The position numbers and the translations under genes were made by a program. A stretch of DNA of 64,000 bases from an uncultured Candidatus Saccharibacteria bacterium. GTDB taxonomy: Bacteria > Patescibacteriota > Doudnabacteria > UBA920. The notes under the pieces are model-generated. The model was not told the origin of the DNA, made no database searches, and was given only the letters and a program-made list of their open reading frames with translations. The stretch is from assembly GCA_964416765.1 (NCBI GenBank), contig CAYQEU010000001.1:1675-65674 (forward strand). The letters run 5' to 3'. Every line of letters starts with the position of its first letter. The first letter of the stretch is position 1. Below, piece by piece: positions 63,596 through 64,000 of this stretch.

Positions 63596-64000
63596 ATGGC
63601 AAAAAATTTCTACGAAATATTGGGCGTGGCGAAAACCGCCAGCGCCGATGAAATAAAAAAAGCTTACCGCAAGCTGGCCCACAAATATCATCCCGACAAA
63701 GGAAAAGGGAACGAAGAAAAGTTTAAGGAAGTTAACGAAGCCTACCAGGTTTTGTCTGACAGCAAGAAACGTTCCCAGTACGATGCGTTTGGTGAAAACT
63801 ACCAGCAGGCCGGCGGGTACAACCCGGGCGCGGGCTATGGAGCCGGCGGCTTTGGCGGTTTTGATTTTGGCGGCTTTGGCCAGGGCGGTTACCAGGGCAA
63901 CGTTGATTTTGATTTTGGCGAAATATTCAGTGATATTTTTGGCAACAGTTCAACCCGGGCTGACCGTCGGGCTCGCGGCATAGATTTGGAAATGCCTGTC
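63596..64000 (+). CDS. dnaJ: Chaperone DnaJ (3'-truncated by the window)
   Basis: Read manually from ATG 63596: [11 protein letters not shown]...[15 protein letters not shown]...[13 protein letters not shown], then a G/F-rich region. Confidence 0.93.
   Translation, partial: MAKNFYEILGVAKTASADEIKKAYRKLAHKYHPDKGKGNEEKFKEVNEAYQVLSDSKKRSQYDAFGENYQQAGGYNPGAGYGAGGFGGFDFGGFGQGGYQGNVDFDFGEIFSDIFGNSSTRADRRARGIDLEMPV

Noticed and set aside
63783-63983. 66-aa ORF listed near the window end
   Set aside because: Out-of-frame shadow within dnaJ, which starts at 63596 and runs off the window.
1-64000. Alternative genetic code (UGA=Gly) or CRISPR array
   Set aside because: Conserved genes are full length under code 11 and TGA serves as a stop in ATGA overlaps. 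No spaced direct-repeat array was seen.

Overview
Ordinary chromosomal segment (genetic code 11, about 50% GC by eye) of a bacterium that is most likely a Patescibacteria/CPR member. This assignment is an inference from the gene repertoire: giant surface proteins, several type IV pilins, a CarS-like protein and mostly leaderless genes. About 1-13 kb encodes two giant surface proteins and two membrane-anchored partners. 13-36 kb is accessory: ABC transporter, two-component system, Cu/Zn SOD, ECF sigma/anti-sigma, three pilins, a CarS-like operon, tRNA-Glu, csoR-trxB-ribK-DMT-gdh, and a beta-propeller protein. 36-64 kb is mostly housekeeping: efp, rpsF-ssb-rpsR, ychF, PMM, mscL, trpS, rnj, tRNA-Leu, oppA-like, secG, uvrC, uvrA, and CIRCE-hrcA-grpE-dnaK...dnaJ. 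No CRISPR, transposase, integrase or prophage was seen. The most unusual signals concern modular use of pilin domains: a pilin-dockerin fusion, two 'headless' pilin domains on a Sec-exported beta-propeller, a repeated 94-aa partner+pilin cassette, and a pilin operon containing a divergent CDP-archaeol-synthase-like gene. Other signals are a 66-nt three-way-junction RNA at a predicted transcription start, long structured leaders for rpsF and rnj, and regulator binding sites that can be read directly from the DNA. All family assignments come from recalled motifs; no searches were run.
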